A DNA stretch of 64,000 nt from Sphingobacteriaceae bacterium (GTDB taxonomy: Bacteria > Bacillota > Sulfobacillia > Thermaerobacterales > RSA17), in the NCBI GenBank assembly GCA_035303785.1, contig DATGRI010000030.1, forward strand, positions 22,047-86,046, written 5' to 3'. The first letter of the stretch is position 1. The number at the start of each line of letters is the position of its first letter. The translations under genes and the position numbers were made by a program. The notes under the pieces were generated by a model, which saw only the letters and a list, made by a program, of their open reading frames with translations, searched no databases and had not been told where the DNA came from. Below, piece by piece: positions 46,143 to 55,783 of the stretch.

Positions 46143-47528
46143 TCACCGGGATCGCCAATCCCGCCTTAAAGCCGTAACGATGGAACCCATGTCCATGCTG
46201 CGGGAACCCTTGACCAGCAAGGTGTCCCCCGGGCGGAGCAGGCCCAGCAGGTCGGCCGTCAACCGCTCCTTGTCTTGGTAGTGGCGTACATTCTCTCCGG
46301 GCATGCCCGCCTCCCGGGCGGCGGCGGCGGCGTGGGCCATGAGGGGCCCGTAGCAGAACAAGTAGTCGGCCGTCCCGGCCGCGGCCCGGCCCACCTCGGC
46401 ATGGCCCTCCTGGGCCAGGGAGCCCAGTTCCAGCATGTCTCCCAACACGGCGATGGCCCGGCCCGACCCGGCGGCCTGGGCCAAGGCCCCCAGGGAGGCC
46501 TTCACCGAAACGGGCGCCGCATTGTAGGAGTCGTCCAATATGGTCAGGCCCGGCAGGGTGATGATCTCCAGGCGGGGCCCCGCCGGCTGGTAGGCGGCCA
46601 GGCCCTTGGCCGTCTCCTCCACCGAGAGGCCCATCACCCATCCCACGGCGGCCGCCGCCAGGGCGTTGGTCATCAGGTGGGCCCCCGGGGAAGGCACCCG
46701 CACCCGCCCGCTCCCCGCCGGGGTGGTCAACTGGAAGGTGAAGGCGAAACGGCCGTCGGGCCGGGGATCCTGGCCCCGCACCTCGGCCTCGGCGCCCGTC
46801 CCGTACAGCACCACCCGGCCCGGGGCCTGGCCGGCCATGGCCGCTACCAAGGGGTCGTCGGCGTTGAGGACGGCGACGCCCGATTCGGGCAGGGCATCGA
46901 TCAATTCCGCCTTGGCCGCGGCGATGGCCTCCATGGAGCCCAGCACTTCCAGGTGGGTGGGCCCGATCTTGGTGATCACGCCCATGGTGGGCTGGACGAT
47001 GTCCGTCAGCAGCTTGATGTCGCCCCTGGCCCGCATGGCCAGCTCGAACACCGCCGCCCGGTGCTCGGGGCGCCAGGCGAAGGTGCTTAGGGGCACGCCG
47101 ATTTCGTTGTTGTAGTTGCCGAAGGATTTCAGTACAGGTCCCCGCCGGCCCAGAACGGCGGCAATCATCTCTTTGGTGGTAGTCTTGCCCACGCTGCCCG
47201 TGACGCCGATGGTGGGAACCTGGAAGCCCTTGCGGTACCAGGCAGCCAGGCGCCCCAGGGCCGTCAGGGGCTGCTCCACCTCGATGCGGGGCAGGTCGCC
47301 TCCGGGCGGCAGCCGCCGGGGGTCCACCAGGACGCAGGCCGCCCCCTTGGCCGCGGCGTCCCGGGCAAACAGATGGCCGTCCACGTTTTGACCCGCCAGG
47401 GCCACGAACAAGTCCCCGGGACCCGTTGCCCGGGAGTCAATGACCACCCCCGTCACGGGGGTGGCGGGGTCCACCCCCCGGAGGGTGCCGCCTACGGCGG
47501 CGGCCGCTTCACCAACGGTAAACAGCAA
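46143..47528 (-). CDS. murF: UDP-MurNAc-tripeptide--D-Ala-D-Ala ligase
   Basis: GVTGSVGKTTTKE P-loop with Mur ligase domains. Confidence 0.93.
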   Translation of the reverse strand: MLFTVGEAAAAVGGTLRGVDPATPVTGVVIDSRATGPGDLFVALAGQNVDGHLFARDAAAKGAACVLVDPRRLPPGGDLPRIEVEQPLTALGRLAAWYRKGFQVPTIGVTGSVGKTTTKEMIAAVLGRRGPVLKSFGNYNNEIGVPLSTFAWRPEHRAAVFELAMRARGDIKLLTDIVQPTMGVITKIGPTHLEVLGSMEAIAAAKAELIDALPESGVAVLNADDPLVAAMAGQAPGRVVLYGTGAEAEVRGQDPRPDGRFAFTFQLTTPAGSGRVRVPSPGAHLMTNALAAAAVGWVMGLSVEETAKGLAAYQPAGPRLEIITLPGLTILDDSYNAAPVSVKASLGALAQAAGSGRAIAVLGDMLELGSLAQEGHAEVGRAAAGTADYLFCYGPLMAHAAAAAREAGMPGENVRHYQDKERLTADLLGLLRPGDTLLVKGSRSMDMGSIVTALRRDWRSR

Positions 47529-47540
47529 GTTCTCTACTCC

Positions 47541-49055
47541 TCAGCGGGCCGCCAGCCGCCGGCGGATGGCCGCCGCGGCCGCTTCCCGGTCGTCGAAGTA
47601 AACGGTTTCGTCGCGGAAAATTTGATATGTTTCATGGCCCTTGCCGGCGATCAACACCACGTCGCCGGGCTTGGCCTGTTCAATGGCGGCGGCGATGGCC
47701 TGGCCCCGGTCGGGCACCACCGCCAGGAATTCGCCGTTCCCCATGGCCGCCCTGGCTCCCTCTTCTATTTCCGCCAGGATTTGCTCCGGATCCTCGCTGC
47801 GGGGGTTGTCGGAGGTCAAAACGATGTGATCGGCCAGCCGGGCGGCCACGGCGCCCATCAAGGGCCGCTTGGCCCGGTCCCGGTCGCCGCCGGCCCCGAA
47901 GACCACCCACAAGCGGCCCCGGGTGAATTCCCGGGCCGTGGACAAGGCCTTTTCCAGGCCGTCGGGGGTATGGGCGTAATCGACGATGACGGTGAAGGGC
48001 TGGCCCAGGTCCACCCTTTGGAAGCGGCCTTCCACCGGCGGGGCGTCGGCCAAGGCGGCCACGGCCTCGGGCAGGGCCATGCCTTCCTCCATGGCCACCG
48101 CCAGGGCTGCCAGGGCGTTGTAAACGTTGAAGCGCCCCACCAGGGGCATGGTCACCTGGGCGGAACCCACCGGCGTCACCACCTGAAAAGACGTGCCTGC
48201 CGAAGTTATACGGATATTACGGGCCATTATGTCCGCCGGTGACGCCAGGCCGTACCAGACGACCCGCCCGTCGCCGGCCCGGGCCATGTAGGGGCCCGCC
48301 GGGTCATCGGCGTTCAAGACGGCGTAGGGGCCATCCCCGCCCCGATCCCGGGACAAGCCGGCGAAAAGCCGGGCCTTGGCGTCCCGGTACGCCTCCATGG
48401 TGCCGTGGTAATCCAGGTGGTCCTGGGAAAGGTTGGTGAACACCCCGGCATCGAACCGGCAGCCGGCGGTCCTGTTTTGCTGCAGGGCGTGGGAAGCGAC
48501 TTCCATCAAGACATAGCGGTCGCCCGCCGCCGCCATTTCCGCCAGCAAGGCCTGGAGTTCCGGCGCCTGGGGCGTGGTCAGGCTGCCTTCCCGCCGGCGG
48601 CCGCCCACCACATTGTACACCGTGCCCACCAGCCCCACGGCATGGCCGGCCCACTGCAGCAGGTGCCGCACCAGATGGGTGGTGGTGGTCTTCCCGTTGG
48701 TGCCGGTGACGCCGATGAGGCGGAGGCGGGTGCTGGGGTGATGGAAAAAGGCGCTGGCCATGAGGCCGAGGATGAGGCGGGAGTCGGTGGTTTCCACCAG
48801 GACGGCCCGCTCCCGCACTGCGGCAGGATCGACGGCGCCCTGCTCCGCCACAATAACGGCGGCGCCCGCCGCCAGGGCATCGGGGATGAAGCGGTGGCCG
48901 TCGCCGTGGACCAGGCCGCCCCGCCAGGGGACGAAAACGAAGCCGGGCCGGACCCGGCGGGAATCGTAGGCGATCCCCGTCACGGGCACGTCGGGGGAGC
49001 CGTGCACTTTATACAAGCCGTCGGGCAGTTCCCTGAGCAGGTCCCCCAGGCGCAT
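47541..49055 (-). CDS. murE: UDP-MurNAc-L-Ala-D-Glu--meso-DAP ligase
   Basis: GVTGTNGKTTTTH. The DNPR motif (LTSDNPRSEDP) indicates DAP specificity. Confidence 0.93.
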   Translation of the reverse strand: MRLGDLLRELPDGLYKVHGSPDVPVTGIAYDSRRVRPGFVFVPWRGGLVHGDGHRFIPDALAAGAAVIVAEQGAVDPAAVRERAVLVETTDSRLILGLMASAFFHHPSTRLRLIGVTGTNGKTTTTHLVRHLLQWAGHAVGLVGTVYNVVGGRRREGSLTTPQAPELQALLAEMAAAGDRYVLMEVASHALQQNRTAGCRFDAGVFTNLSQDHLDYHGTMEAYRDAKARLFAGLSRDRGGDGPYAVLNADDPAGPYMARAGDGRVVWYGLASPADIMARNIRITSAGTSFQVVTPVGSAQVTMPLVGRFNVYNALAALAVAMEEGMALPEAVAALADAPPVEGRFQRVDLGQPFTVIVDYAHTPDGLEKALSTAREFTRGRLWVVFGAGGDRDRAKRPLMGAVAARLADHIVLTSDNPRSEDPEQILAEIEEGARAAMGNGEFLAVVPDRGQAIAAAIEQAKPGDVVLIAGKGHETYQIFRDETVYFDDREAAAAAIRRRLAAR

Positions 49056-49157
49056 CCTTTCCCTCCCCGGAATCCAATCCCCGCAGGGGCCGGGCCCCGC
49101 GGGCCAAACCCTCCACCCATGGTAGTCAAGGGGTTTCCGCCAGTCCAGAGGGGGTCC

Positions 49158-51326
49158 TCACTGCATGTCCTGGCCGAAGGCTTCCTCCCCGGGCTCCTCG
49201 TCCTCCCCCTGCTCCTCGTGGAAAACTACCTTTACATAGGAGCCCGACGGCACCTTGGTGCCCGGCGCCGGGTCCTGCTCGGCGGCCACGCCCTGGCCGA
49301 TGGCCTCCAGGTGGAGGCCCACGGCGGCCAGCCGCTCCGCCGCCTGCTGGCGGGTGCTGCCTGCCAGTTCAGGTACGGTGACCACCGTCCATTCTTCCTC
49401 CTGGACGGCGGAGGCCTCGGTGCTGACCACCACCTGGGTGCCCACCGCCACCCGGGCTCCCGCCACGGGGAATTGGCCCGACACCTGGGTGCCGCTCCCC
49501 TGGACCCGGAGGGTCAGGCCGGCGTACCGGGCCACCGCCTCCGCCTCGGCCAGGGTCAGATTAACCAGGTTGGGCACCACCGTAGGCTCCCGCCGGCCGG
49601 TGATGGGCGGGGGCCCCTCCTGGTCGGGCTGGTCCGGCGGGATCTGCAGGTAATGGAGGACGTCCCGCATGATGGCGCCGGCCACGGGGGCCGCCACCCA
49701 GCCGCCGAAATAAATGCCCTGGGGCTCGTCGACGGCCACGTACACCACCATCCGGGGGTCGCTGATGGGGGCGATGCCGGCGAAGGAGGCGATGTACTTG
49801 CCCTGGGCGATCCTGCCCCCTTCGTACTTCTGGGAAGTGCCGGTCTTGCCCCCTACCCTGTAGCCTTCCACCTTGGCGCTGCCGCCCGTCCCCCCGGGGC
49901 TGGTGACCACCCGCTCCATCAAGCCCAAAACGGTCCGGGCCACCTGGGCGGAGACCACCTGGCGCACGGCCTCGGGCTCCTGGACCCGGATCACGTTGCC
50001 CTCGGCGTCCAGCCATTCGGCGGCGATGTGGGGCCGCATCAAGGTGCCTTCACAGGCGATGGCCCCCAGGGCCGCCACCAGCTGGATGGGCGTCACCGTC
50101 AAGGTCTGGCCGAAGCCCATGACGGCCAGGTCCACGGTGCGGGCCTGGTCCTTGGGGGGCCGTATGCCCACCGCCTCCCCGGGCAGGTCGATGCCGGTGC
50201 GCCGGGTCAGGCCGAAAGCGTCCAGATAGTGGTAGAAGCGGTCGGAGCCCAGATCCACCGCCACCCGGGCGAAGATGGTGTTGGCCGATTTCTCGAAGCC
50301 GGTGGCGAAGTCGGTGGAGCCCAGACCGGCCCGGTTCCAGTTGTGGATGGTGGCCCCCGGCACCCGGTAAAAGCCCGGGTCGTAGAAAGGCGTGGCAGGC
50401 GCCACAATGCCTTCCTCCAAGGCGGCGGCGGCCACGATGGGCTTGAAGGTGGAGCCCGGCGGCAAGGTATCGCTGACGGCGGCGTTGCGCCACTGCTGGG
50501 GCGGGAATTCACCGAAGCGGTTGGGGTCGAAGGTGGGCCGGCTGGACATGGCCAGGATGCGTCCGGTGCAGGGCTCGTAAACTATGCCCACAGCCCCTTT
50601 GGCGCCGTGGGCCAGCATGGCCCGGTCCAGCTCACGCTCCACCACGTGCTGGATGTTCTCATCCACGGTGAGGCGCAGGGTGAGCCCGTCCTCCGCCGGC
50701 TCGAAATGCTGGACCGCCTGGGGTATCTCCCGGCCCCTGGCGTCGAATTCGATCTCGATGCGGCCGTTCTGGCCCCTCAACTGGGAGTCGTAGTAGTGCT
50801 CGATGCCCTCCAGCCCCTGGTTGTCGATGCCGGCGAAGCCCAGGATGTGGGCGGCCAGGGTGCCCTTGGGATAGATGCGGCGGCTTTCCTGGGTCAGGTA
50901 GATGCCCGGCAGGTCTTTCTGCTCTTCCTTGATCCGCTGGGACTGCTCGTCGGTGATCTTGCGCTTCACGTACCACCAGGCGGCGGGACGGGTGATGCGC
51001 TCGTAGGCATCCACGTAGGACAGGTCGAGGATCTCGCTGAGGCGCTGGGCGACGGCGGCGGGGTCCTTCACATCGGCGGACACGGCGAAGACGCTGTCGG
51101 CGCTGACGCTGAGGGCCAGTTCGTTCCCGTTGGCATCGATGATGAGGCCCCGCTTGGGCTCCACGGTGATGTTGCGCAGCCGGTTCTCAAAGGCTTGGGC
51201 CTGGAGTTCGGCGCCGCGCCAGAACTGCAGGTAGCCGACGCGGGCCATCAGGCCCAGCAGGGCCAAAGTGGTGCTTATGAACAAAAATATGATCCGCTTG
51301 CGCAAGCCGATGCCGGGCACCTGCAC
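49158..51326 (-). CDS. class B penicillin-binding protein (FtsI/PBP2B/SpoVD type) with two C-terminal PASTA domains
   Basis: STFKP, SAN and KTGTS transpeptidase motifs with an N-terminal TM. 722 aa. Confidence 0.92.
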   Translation of the reverse strand: MQVPGIGLRKRIIFLFISTTLALLGLMARVGYLQFWRGAELQAQAFENRLRNITVEPKRGLIIDANGNELALSVSADSVFAVSADVKDPAAVAQRLSEILDLSYVDAYERITRPAAWWYVKRKITDEQSQRIKEEQKDLPGIYLTQESRRIYPKGTLAAHILGFAGIDNQGLEGIEHYYDSQLRGQNGRIEIEFDARGREIPQAVQHFEPAEDGLTLRLTVDENIQHVVERELDRAMLAHGAKGAVGIVYEPCTGRILAMSSRPTFDPNRFGEFPPQQWRNAAVSDTLPPGSTFKPIVAAAALEEGIVAPATPFYDPGFYRVPGATIHNWNRAGLGSTDFATGFEKSANTIFARVAVDLGSDRFYHYLDAFGLTRRTGIDLPGEAVGIRPPKDQARTVDLAVMGFGQTLTVTPIQLVAALGAIACEGTLMRPHIAAEWLDAEGNVIRVQEPEAVRQVVSAQVARTVLGLMERVVTSPGGTGGSAKVEGYRVGGKTGTSQKYEGGRIAQGKYIASFAGIAPISDPRMVVYVAVDEPQGIYFGGWVAAPVAGAIMRDVLHYLQIPPDQPDQEGPPPITGRREPTVVPNLVNLTLAEAEAVARYAGLTLRVQGSGTQVSGQFPVAGARVAVGTQVVVSTEASAVQEEEWTVVTVPELAGSTRQQAAERLAAVGLHLEAIGQGVAAEQDPAPGTKVPSGSYVKVVFHEEQGEDEEPGEEAFGQDMQ

Positions 51327-51358
51327 CTATGCCGCCACCCATAACGGACAGAATTTGT

Positions 51359-51979
51359 TCAAGGCCCCGCCGGCCATGTCGGCGCACCCGCACCGGCCTC
51401 CGCTCTAGAGCCGCTCAGCCATTGGTAGAATACTTGGGTGCTCCGGTCCAGCCAGCCGGCCTGGGCCCCTTCAGGCTGCTCCCCGGCAGCCTCCGGGGCT
51501 CGGGCCAGTTCTATCACCGCCGAGTCTCCCAGCACGGGGGCTTGGGGCACCGCCTCCAGGCGGGCCACTTGGACGCTGCGGATTTCCAGCGGCCGGGTCA
51601 TGCCCAAGGACTGCACGGCTCCCGATTCCACCCGGCCGGGCGAGCCCAAAGTGCTGATATCAGCCATGAGCTTGGCTTTCTCATCCTCCAGCCGGGCCAG
51701 TTCTTCCTTCAGGGCCACCAGTTGACGCCCGGTGCTGCTCAGGGAAGCGTAACGCACACCGATGCCGAACAACAGGAGGGCCACTATGCCCAGGGTCAGC
51801 AGAAAGCCGGCCTGGGGCTTGAACCGGGCCTGGGCCCGCCGCTGCCGCCGTGGGCTCTGCCCTTCACCCCGGGCGCTGCGCCGGGGGCGGGACACAGGCT
51901 TGCGCCGGCGCCGCCGGCCGGGGGTCGTGGCCGGGCCGTCCCAGAACTCTTCACGGCGTAGTGGCCTAGCCGCTACCAC
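51359..51979 (-). CDS. ftsL: FtsL-like cell division protein (long Arg-rich N-terminus, extended C-terminus)
   Basis: Position between rsmH and pbp. A single TM followed by the leucine-zipper-like QLVALKEELARLEDEKAKL. Confidence 0.7.
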   Translation of the reverse strand: MVAARPLRREEFWDGPATTPGRRRRRKPVSRPRRSARGEGQSPRRQRRAQARFKPQAGFLLTLGIVALLLFGIGVRYASLSSTGRQLVALKEELARLEDEKAKLMADISTLGSPGRVESGAVQSLGMTRPLEIRSVQVARLEAVPQAPVLGDSAVIELARAPEAAGEQPEGAQAGWLDRSTQVFYQWLSGSRAEAGAGAPTWPAGP

Positions 51980-51981
51980 GG

Positions 51982-53025
<1,044 letters not shown>

Positions 53026-53457
53026 TCAGATACCCAAATCCACCAACTGCTCGGCAATTTCGTCGAAGGACTCGGCGGCCGACCGGGAGTAGCCCTGCCA
53101 GCGCTCCAAGGCCCAAATCTCGGCCCTGTTGGAAACGCCCAAGATGACCACATCCCGCTCCAACTGGGCGTACTCCCGCAGCGGTCCTGGTATTAGGATG
53201 CGACCTTGCCGGTCCAGCACACATTCCGTGGCGCCGGCAAACAGGAAACGAACGAAGGCCCGGGCATTGCTCTGGGTAGTGGGGAGTTCTTTGAGGCGGG
53301 CCGCCAGGGCTTCCCATTCCGCCATGGGGTACAGGGAAAGGCAGCCGTCCAGCCCGCGGGTACAGATGAAATGGGCGCCCAAGCCGTCACGAAACCGGGA
53401 GGGGATGATCAACCTTCCCTTGGCATCTATGGTGTGCTGAAACTCACCGATGAGCAT
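53026..53457 (-). CDS. mraZ: transcriptional regulator MraZ
   Basis: Duplicated DxxxR motifs (DAKGRLIIPSRFR and DRQGRILIPGPLR). 143 aa. Confidence 0.94.
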   Translation of the reverse strand: MLIGEFQHTIDAKGRLIIPSRFRDGLGAHFICTRGLDGCLSLYPMAEWEALAARLKELPTTQSNARAFVRFLFAGATECVLDRQGRILIPGPLREYAQLERDVVILGVSNRAEIWALERWQGYSRSAAESFDEIAEQLVDLGI

Positions 53458-53645
53458 GAGGGTGATCCCCCGGTCCGGTCTCCGGGCTGAGCCCGGTTAT
53501 CTCTCGGGATGAAAGGGAGGGAAGAGGCGACGTTGCGTCGGGCGCAAACTTGGCTCAAGGGGTTCGGGTCAGGCGGTGGTCACGCAAAGCGTTCGGGGGG
53601 CGCCGCCTACTGGGGTTACCCGAATATCCTGCCCGGTGCTCTCAT

Positions 53646-53697
53646 CCACCACTTCCCTCCACTTTCCCCCACTGGAATGGCCTATTCTCCCCCACGT
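53646..53697 (-). promoter_or_regulatory. MraZ-box-like array: three 10-bp-phased direct repeats AGTGG(N5) plus a fourth GTGGG
   Basis: The minus strand reads GTGGGGGAG...cAGTGGGGGAAAGTGGAGGGAAGTGGTGGAT. On the plus strand CCACT recurs at 53649-53, 53659-63 and 53669-73, with CCCAC at 53691-95. The array lies 190-240 nt upstream of mraZ. Confidence 0.5.
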
Positions 53698-53807
53698 CAC
53701 CACCTCCTGCCTCTTCCGCAAAAAAGGTGGAAATATAGGTAAGGATCTTCAGGATGGGACCAGAGGGCCAGGCAGCCCTAGGAGCGTAGGCGGGGAGAGC
53801 GCCTTTC

Positions 53808-53837
53808 TTGACCTTGGGAGTGCGGCTCATTTAACAT
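53808..53837 (+). promoter_or_regulatory. possible promoter for tRNA-Ala (TTGACC-N18-TAACAT)
   Basis: TTGACC at 53808-53813 and TAACAT at 53832-53837, about 50 nt upstream of the tRNA. The -10 is weak. Confidence 0.3.
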
Positions 53838-53885
53838 GATGGGGAGATGGGCCGCGGCCACGCGGGCGTCGGGGCCCAAAATTTC

Positions 53886-53958
<73 letters not shown>

Positions 53959-53986
53959 CAACACCAACGGACTTAAAGTTTACCAG

Positions 53987-54011
53987 CCAGGGGCCAATGC
54001 CCCTGGTTTTT
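53987..54011 (+). terminator. intrinsic terminator after tRNA-Ala
   Basis: CCAGGGGC-CAAT-GCCCCTGG followed by TTTTT. Confidence 0.7.
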
Positions 54012-54125
54012 GCTTTGCCCGGGTATACTTTGCCCGGGTTGGAACCGGCCCTGCCCGTTAATGATTCCGAATTCAGAACCGGGGAAAGAGCAGAGGTCAA
54101 CGTCGACACCATAAGCACCGTCACA

Positions 54126-54285
54126 GGGCTTATTTCCTTGTTCAGCTTTCCCCGTCAAGGGCTTAAGCCCAGGGGGCGGGGCTAATTTCTTGGATTTTCG
54201 GGTCCGGGAAGGAAAATGGGCCGCTATAGGCCCAGGGGCTGGGCTTAACCCCTGCTGCCGGGCCTCCATGGAAGGGAATAAGCCC
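54126..54285. repeat. 160-bp element bounded by 14-bp imperfect inverted repeats and packed with GGGCTTA/TAAGCCC heptamers
   Basis: GGGCTTATTTCCTT (54126-39) is complementary to AAGGGAATAAGCCC (54272-85). GGGCTTA occurs at 54126, 54159 and 54241. TAAGCCC occurs at 54164 and 54279. Internal hairpins at 54159-70, 54218-33 and 54234-53. Confidence 0.5.
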
Positions 54286-54381
54286 AGTCGGGCAGCTTAA
54301 ACTGTCCGGCGAGGCCTGTGTAACGTCGGCGGCCGTGCCTGTCACGACCCTTGGGGCGCCTGTTACGGCGGTGGGCGCTTG

Positions 54382-54990
54382 TTACGGCGGCGCTGGGGGG
54401 ATTTGGATGGCGCCGGTCTCGGTGATCAGCCAGTCCACCCGCTGGTCATGGGGTTCCCGGGGAAGTTGGGGGACGACGAAGGCCGCCAAGGTCCACCCGG
54501 CCACGACGGTGCGCCGGCGGTCCACTTGCTGCAGGAACCGGTCGTAATGCCCGCCGCCCCGGCCCAGGCGCACGCCCCGCTCATCGAAAGCCAGGCTGGG
54601 CACGATGATCAGATCCAGGTCTTCGACGGCTACGGGGCTGGTCAGGTCGGGGTGGGGCTCCCAGATGCCGTAGGATCCCCGCACCAAAGAGCCGAAGCCC
54701 CCTGCCGCCCGGGCCTCCAGGCCGCCATCCACGGTGCGGGGCAGGGCCACCCGTTTTTGGGCCAGGCGGGCACAACGAATGAGGAGGGCTGTGGGCAACT
54801 CACCGGGCAGGGCAAAATAGGCCATGACGGTCCGGGCCTGCCGCCAAAAAGGCCGCCGGGCCAGGTGGGACATAGCCTGCCGGGCGCCGGCGGCCAGGTT
54901 GTCCGGCGCCAAGGCCCGCCATTGCCCGTTGAACTTGCGGCGCAGCCGGGCTTTTTCCGCGGCCACCGGCAACACCTCCCCATAAACCAA
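54382..54990 (-). CDS. 5-formyltetrahydrofolate cyclo-ligase
   Basis: GRGGGHYDRFL, with LDLIIVPSLAFDERGVRLG. Confidence 0.85.
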   Translation of the reverse strand: MVYGEVLPVAAEKARLRRKFNGQWRALAPDNLAAGARQAMSHLARRPFWRQARTVMAYFALPGELPTALLIRCARLAQKRVALPRTVDGGLEARAAGGFGSLVRGSYGIWEPHPDLTSPVAVEDLDLIIVPSLAFDERGVRLGRGGGHYDRFLQQVDRRRTVVAGWTLAAFVVPQLPREPHDQRVDWLITETGAIQIPPAPP

Positions 54991-55041
54991 GACGACCTCC
55001 CATCGGGGAAGGTCGCCTCCGAAAACCGTGCCGGCAAAATT

Positions 55042-55314
55042 TTACCGCTGATCCTGCCGGCATGCACCCGATAGGGTTTCGAGAGTTTCGGGCGCTTCTC
55101 CGGGCGCAGGCCGCTTTAGTTCGCTCCCGGCGTACATGCCGGTGACTGTGGTTGAAATGTCACGCCCGCAGTAGGGGCAGATCCAGGTACCGTGGTCCGT
55201 GGCCGAATAAGAATCGCGCCGGCAATAGGGACACACTTTCCTCAGCACGCGGGCAGCTCCTTCCATCGGTAAGGCGATCCTGCCCGCTCCGCTCGACATA
55301 CGTCCTTCGCCCAA
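55042..55314 (-). CDS. putative small zinc-ribbon protein (two CPYC pairs)
   Basis: VCPYCRRDSYSATDHGTWICPYCGRD. The start is uncertain (TTG 55314, ATG 55299 or ATG 55266). Third-position GC is lower than in neighbouring genes. Confidence 0.4.
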   Translation of the reverse strand: MGEGRMSSGAGRIALPMEGAARVLRKVCPYCRRDSYSATDHGTWICPYCGRDISTTVTGMYAGSELKRPAPGEAPETLETLSGACRQDQR

Positions 55315-55369
55315 TATTTCATGGACGCAGGCTTTTTCCCTGCCCCTTTATCAATTTTTTGAACGGCGG

Positions 55370-55783
55370 TCAGGCGATGACCACCAGCACATCGCCCAGG
55401 TTGACGGGGGTGCCCGGGGTCACGTTGACCGATTGGACCACGCCGTCTACGGGCGATGTGATCTCGTTCTCCATCTTCATGGCTTCCAAGACCACCAGCA
55501 CCTGCCCGGTGGTCACCTGCTGGCCGGGCTCCACCCGCACGTCCAGGATGAGGCCCGGCAGGGAGGCCGCCACGGTGGTGCCGCCGGCCGCCGGGGCCGC
55601 CGGCGCCGCCGCCGGGGCCGGTGCTGCAGGGGCCGGAGCCGCAGGTGCGGCCGGCGCGGGCGCCGGTGCAGCCGCCGGCGCAGGGGCTGCCGCCGGGGCC
55701 GGGGCCCCCTCGCCCTCCACCAGTTCAACTTCTACATCGAACAATTGCCCGTCCACACGGACGCGGTACTTACGCCTGGTCAA
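55370..55783 (-). CDS. biotin carboxyl-carrier subunit (1.3S / methylmalonyl-CoA decarboxylase gamma type)
   Basis: EAMKMEN biotinyl-lysine motif, with an Ala/Pro-rich linker of about 45 aa. Confidence 0.9.
   Translation of the reverse strand: MTRRKYRVRVDGQLFDVEVELVEGEGAPAPAAAPAPAAAPAPAPAAPAAPAPAAPAPAAAPAAPAAGGTTVAASLPGLILDVRVEPGQQVTTGQVLVVLEAMKMENEITSPVDGVVQSVNVTPGTPVNLGDVLVVIA

Noticed and set aside
54199-54222. GGGUCCGGGAAGGAAAAUGGGCC resembles the SRP RNA domain IV core (GGUCCGGAAGGAAGCAGCC).
   Set aside because: The loop is five nucleotides rather than a GNRA tetraloop. The conserved AGCAGC 3' side and the matching 5' symmetric-loop strand are absent. The surrounding sequence cannot form helix 5/8.
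54241-54262. GGGCTTAACCCCTGCTGCC loosely resembles the 3' end of tRNA-Ala (GGTTCAAGTCCCCTCTGCTCC), as an att-site duplication would.
   Set aside because: The similarity is patchy and needs gaps. No integrase or other mobile-element gene lies between the tRNA and this site, which are only about 300 bp apart.
54163-54381. The reading frame of the cyclo-ligase stays open for 72 more codons after its TAA, which could suggest stop-codon read-through or a recent nonsense mutation.
   Set aside because: The 202-aa product already has the full length and motifs of the family. The extension (QAPTAVTGAPRVV...PDPKIQEISPAPWA) is low-complexity. Open frames of this length are common by chance at this GC content.
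55555-55700. Highly repetitive GCC/GGC/CCG DNA that looks like a tandem-repeat array.
   Set aside because: It encodes the Ala/Pro-rich flexible linker of the biotin carrier protein in frame, a normal feature of this protein family.
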